Shown here: piece by piece, positions 63,858-64,000 of the stretch | Layout of the letters: each line of letters opens with the position of its first letter | Position numbering within the stretch: position 1 is the first letter of the stretch | NCBI GenBank assembly: GCA_965655095.1 | Contig: CBFHFQ010000354.1 | Coordinates: 1 to 64,000 of the forward strand | Source: Haplodiscus bocki | Lineage: Eukaryota | DNA length: 64,000 nucleotides | Reading direction: 5' to 3' | Translations under genes and position numbers: made by a program | Notes under the pieces: generated by a model | What the model was told of the DNA's origin: nothing | The model's database searches: none | The model's input: only the letters and a program-made list of their open reading frames with translations

Positions 63858-64000
63858 ATGACAAAGACTTGGTGTGTTGGAGGAAAGCATTATAGTATTG
63901 CTAATAATATAACTCAATATGAAAAAGTAAACCCCAAAACTAAAAAACTAGTTAAAGTTATCAAAAGAACTTGCAGTATTTGCAATCGTAATAAATCACA
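63858..64000 (+). CDS. Small basic zinc-ribbon-like protein, cut by the window end
   Basis: MTKTWCVGGKH...KRTCSICNRNKS. Confidence 0.55.
   Translation, partial: MTKTWCVGGKHYSIANNITQYEKVNPKTKKLVKVIKRTCSICNRNKS

Larger units (their letters stand above)
51913..64000 (+). mobile_element. Endogenous Polinton/Maverick (adintovirus-like) virus, left portion, partly decayed; continues beyond the window
   Basis: Shift to AT-rich, gene-dense sequence with A32-like ATPase, penton, major capsid and adenain-like protease. Putative AG terminus at 51913 (boundary inferred). Confidence 0.9.

Overview
Repeat-dominated eukaryotic (probably invertebrate animal) DNA with no intact host gene. 1-4411: a ~29-bp dyad-rich satellite organised in a 1056-bp higher-order repeat. 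4412-11374: a decayed, 3'-truncated Ty3/Gypsy LTR retrotransposon on the minus strand (1.5-kb LTR, gag, PR, RT, RH, partial IN). 11375-13300: non-autonomous Helitron-like/minisatellite repeats, a 62-bp fold-back and a tRNA-like remnant. ~13400-19740: a very old ~170-bp tandem array. 22139-51611: 16 tandem copies of a ~1.85-kb unit that looks like an internal piece of a decayed minus-strand ORF. ~51913-64000: the left part of an endogenous Polinton/Maverick (adintovirus-like) virus with packaging ATPase, minor and major capsid, adenain-type protease, a repeat-stalk fibre with a MAM-like head and accessory genes. Most viral genes start with the same TAAATG motif, which suggests a shared, poxvirus-late-like expression signal. 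All family assignments come from motif recognition by eye; no searches were run.
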